64,000 nucleotides of DNA from Octopus vulgaris (taxonomy: Eukaryota): assembly GCA_951406725.2 (NCBI GenBank), contig OX597819.1:73222001-73286000 (forward strand), given 5' to 3'. The notes under the pieces were generated by a model, which saw nothing but the letters and a program-made list of their open reading frames with translations, had not been told where the DNA came from and did not search any database. Of the stretch, positions 61,871 to 64,000 are shown one piece after another. Every line of letters begins with the position of its first letter. The first letter of the stretch is position 1. A program made the position numbers and the translations under genes.

Positions 61871-64000
61871 TTCTTGAAATATTAATTTCTGGCGTAAGAC
61901 ATTAAACTCGAATTTCGGGAGAAGGGTAATGTTGACCGGTGCTTGTTATTTTTTTCTTTTATATTTTATTTTTATTAACCTTGTAAGTATGAAAGGCAAA
62001 GTTGACGCCTGTAGGATGTGAACACGAAGGAGCACAACTGATTGCTACTATCTACCTGTTCTGCCAATCTACTTAAAATTTTTAGTATTGTACAGGTATT
62101 TTGTCACAAAAATTTCGAGAAAAAACGTAGCGAAAGTCAAAGAATGTTCTTCATAACGAATAGTGAAACATTAAAAAATCTGCTTGTTTTTTTTTTCTCC
62201 CACTCGTAAATTTTTTCGTGTAATTAAAATTTGTATTGTAAGGCCACGAGGATCTGCCCTATAGGGACAATCCTGGTAAATAATTATCGAAATAGTCAAA
62301 TAAGTGTTGGAGTTTAAATAATTGAAGGGAGACAACTTGGGCGAATATTTATGAAAGTGACCGAGAAACCATTTTAATAAATTCTGCATCGTAAAAAAAA
62401 AAAAAAGAAAGATAAAGAGATAAATACATTGTTTGATAACGGAGTTAGTTGTACTTTAGGAAAAACGGAGGGTTTACAAATAGGAACACAATTTAAATTA
62501 ACTTGAAAATGAAGTGAAATTGATGGAAATAAAAACATGGTTTTTAGTTATATCCTTGTCCATTCTAGTTTGTCTTCGATTCTTCAGAATCGATAAAATG
62601 TAACAGCCAAGATCCTTTCTTTACAAATTAATGACGTGTTTGAATGTTAGAAATTGTTATTATTTATTCCGCCGAGGTGGATTTTGCCTTTCATCCTTTC
62701 GCGGTCGATTAAATAAGTACTTAGCATAATTTCTTCAGATTCCACCACAGCCAGCTTTTGCCTTTTGTCCTAACAGAAAAGGTTATTAGGATTGTTATGG
62801 CAGCAATTGGTCAAAATGCTCAGCGACATTTCTTTGGAATTCTAACGTTCTAAGTTTGACCCTTTGAGCACTGGGGCCGATGTAATTGAATAACACCCCC
62901 CACTAAAATTGCTGGCTTTGTACCAGAATTTCAAGCTGTTATTATTATTAAGAGAGTAACAGAATTGGTAGGAATCAGACTGAATACTTTCAGTGTTTTG
63001 TGGTGGGGAAGGGGGCTCAATGAAATAAATGACTGTTCCTGTACTGGGGTCAGTTATACTCCTTCCATCCTATTTGTGTGTTAGTGTAAGCACTCATGAA
63101 TCCTCTCAGACTTGGGGCCCCTGTTACTGACTTCCCTCTGCCTGGGCTCCTGAGCAAAAAAATATGTAATTGCGTACACAGCTCAAGAAAAACAATTGCA
63201 GGCAAAATAGTGAACAGAATGACAAAAAAAAATTTCCGGGAAATAACAATAATAGGCATATCTCTCAATAACCATGTTTGGTCGTGCTAATTTCCTCATC
63301 ACTTTCACCAATTTGATTTCCCAATTCACTCTCATTGCTGGCATAAGTTTAAACTCTTTGTCCAAAGAATAAATATCAATAATTTTCTCAACTTCAAAGT
63401 GCTGGGTTCGTCACACCCACTTTTTAAATAATTAAAAGCAAAGTAAGCAACAGCTATGGGGGAAAACTATTAACAATGAATTGTAAATACACTTTGCAAC
63501 ATTGTCAGTTGTCTGTTTCTAGTATTTTGTCTTTTATTTTTCTACATGTGTTGTTAAATTACTACTCAAGCAGGAACCTACTGGTGATGACATTTAAGCT
63601 ATTCCTGTTACAACAGGGACACGGCATGATAGGGTTAAAATAGTAGTTATCATTTTAATGTCCACTTTTCTGTGCTTGTCTAGATTAAATGGAATTAGTT
63701 GGCAGATTTTCTATAGCCAGATGCTTTTCTTTGTTATCAACTCATACCTGTTTCCAAGCAGAGTTATCATTCTTGATGACCAGATGCATTTCATAGTAGA
63801 CTGGAAATTGCTTGCATGATAGTAATTCTAATTTACAATCATCTTGCAAGTTACTTGGCAAACCTGTTGGTACTGATGTCGCATAGAAAGCACCCAGTAC
63901 ACTCTGTAAAGTGGTTGGCATTAGGAAGGACATCCAGTCATAGAAGACAATGAGGCCTGGTACAGTTCTTTGGCTCATTGCATCCAACACATGCCAGCAT

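Noticed and set aside
62171-63365. Short ORFs near the window end
   Set aside because: No domain similarity or consistent splice signals that I can support.

Overview
This is AT-rich, microsatellite- and transposon-dense animal genomic DNA, most likely from an octopus. That assignment is inferred from the SINE families, the (GAT)n-tailed RTE LINEs and the (TA)/(CA) microsatellites. Host genes: an intronless HMGB-type gene (two HMG boxes plus acidic tail, 1871-2545 +) beside a probable bidirectional promoter, and a probable UBXN7-like first coding exon (35557-35620 +) whose next exon I cannot find in the window. Several weaker exon-like segments are also present. Most of the rest is mobile DNA: one full-length RTE-clade LINE with an uninterrupted ORF (about 12869-17303, minus), many truncated copies of it, older RTE fossils, three SINE families, an internally deleted piggyBac with TTAA MITEs, hAT and mariner remnants, a Helentron-type non-autonomous element, a Penelope-like GIY-YIG relic and several foldback elements. 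The most unusual signals centre on the intact RTE. It appears to carry a GT-AG intron, with an in-frame stop, in front of its endonuclease domain. It has a PHD-like finger inside the RT region and a modular hairpin array in its 3' UTR. Two independent copies sit at the same (TA)n site of the same SINE family with the same apparent TSD. All calls are from manual reading; no searches were run, and repeat boundaries are approximate unless a TSD or TIR is quoted.
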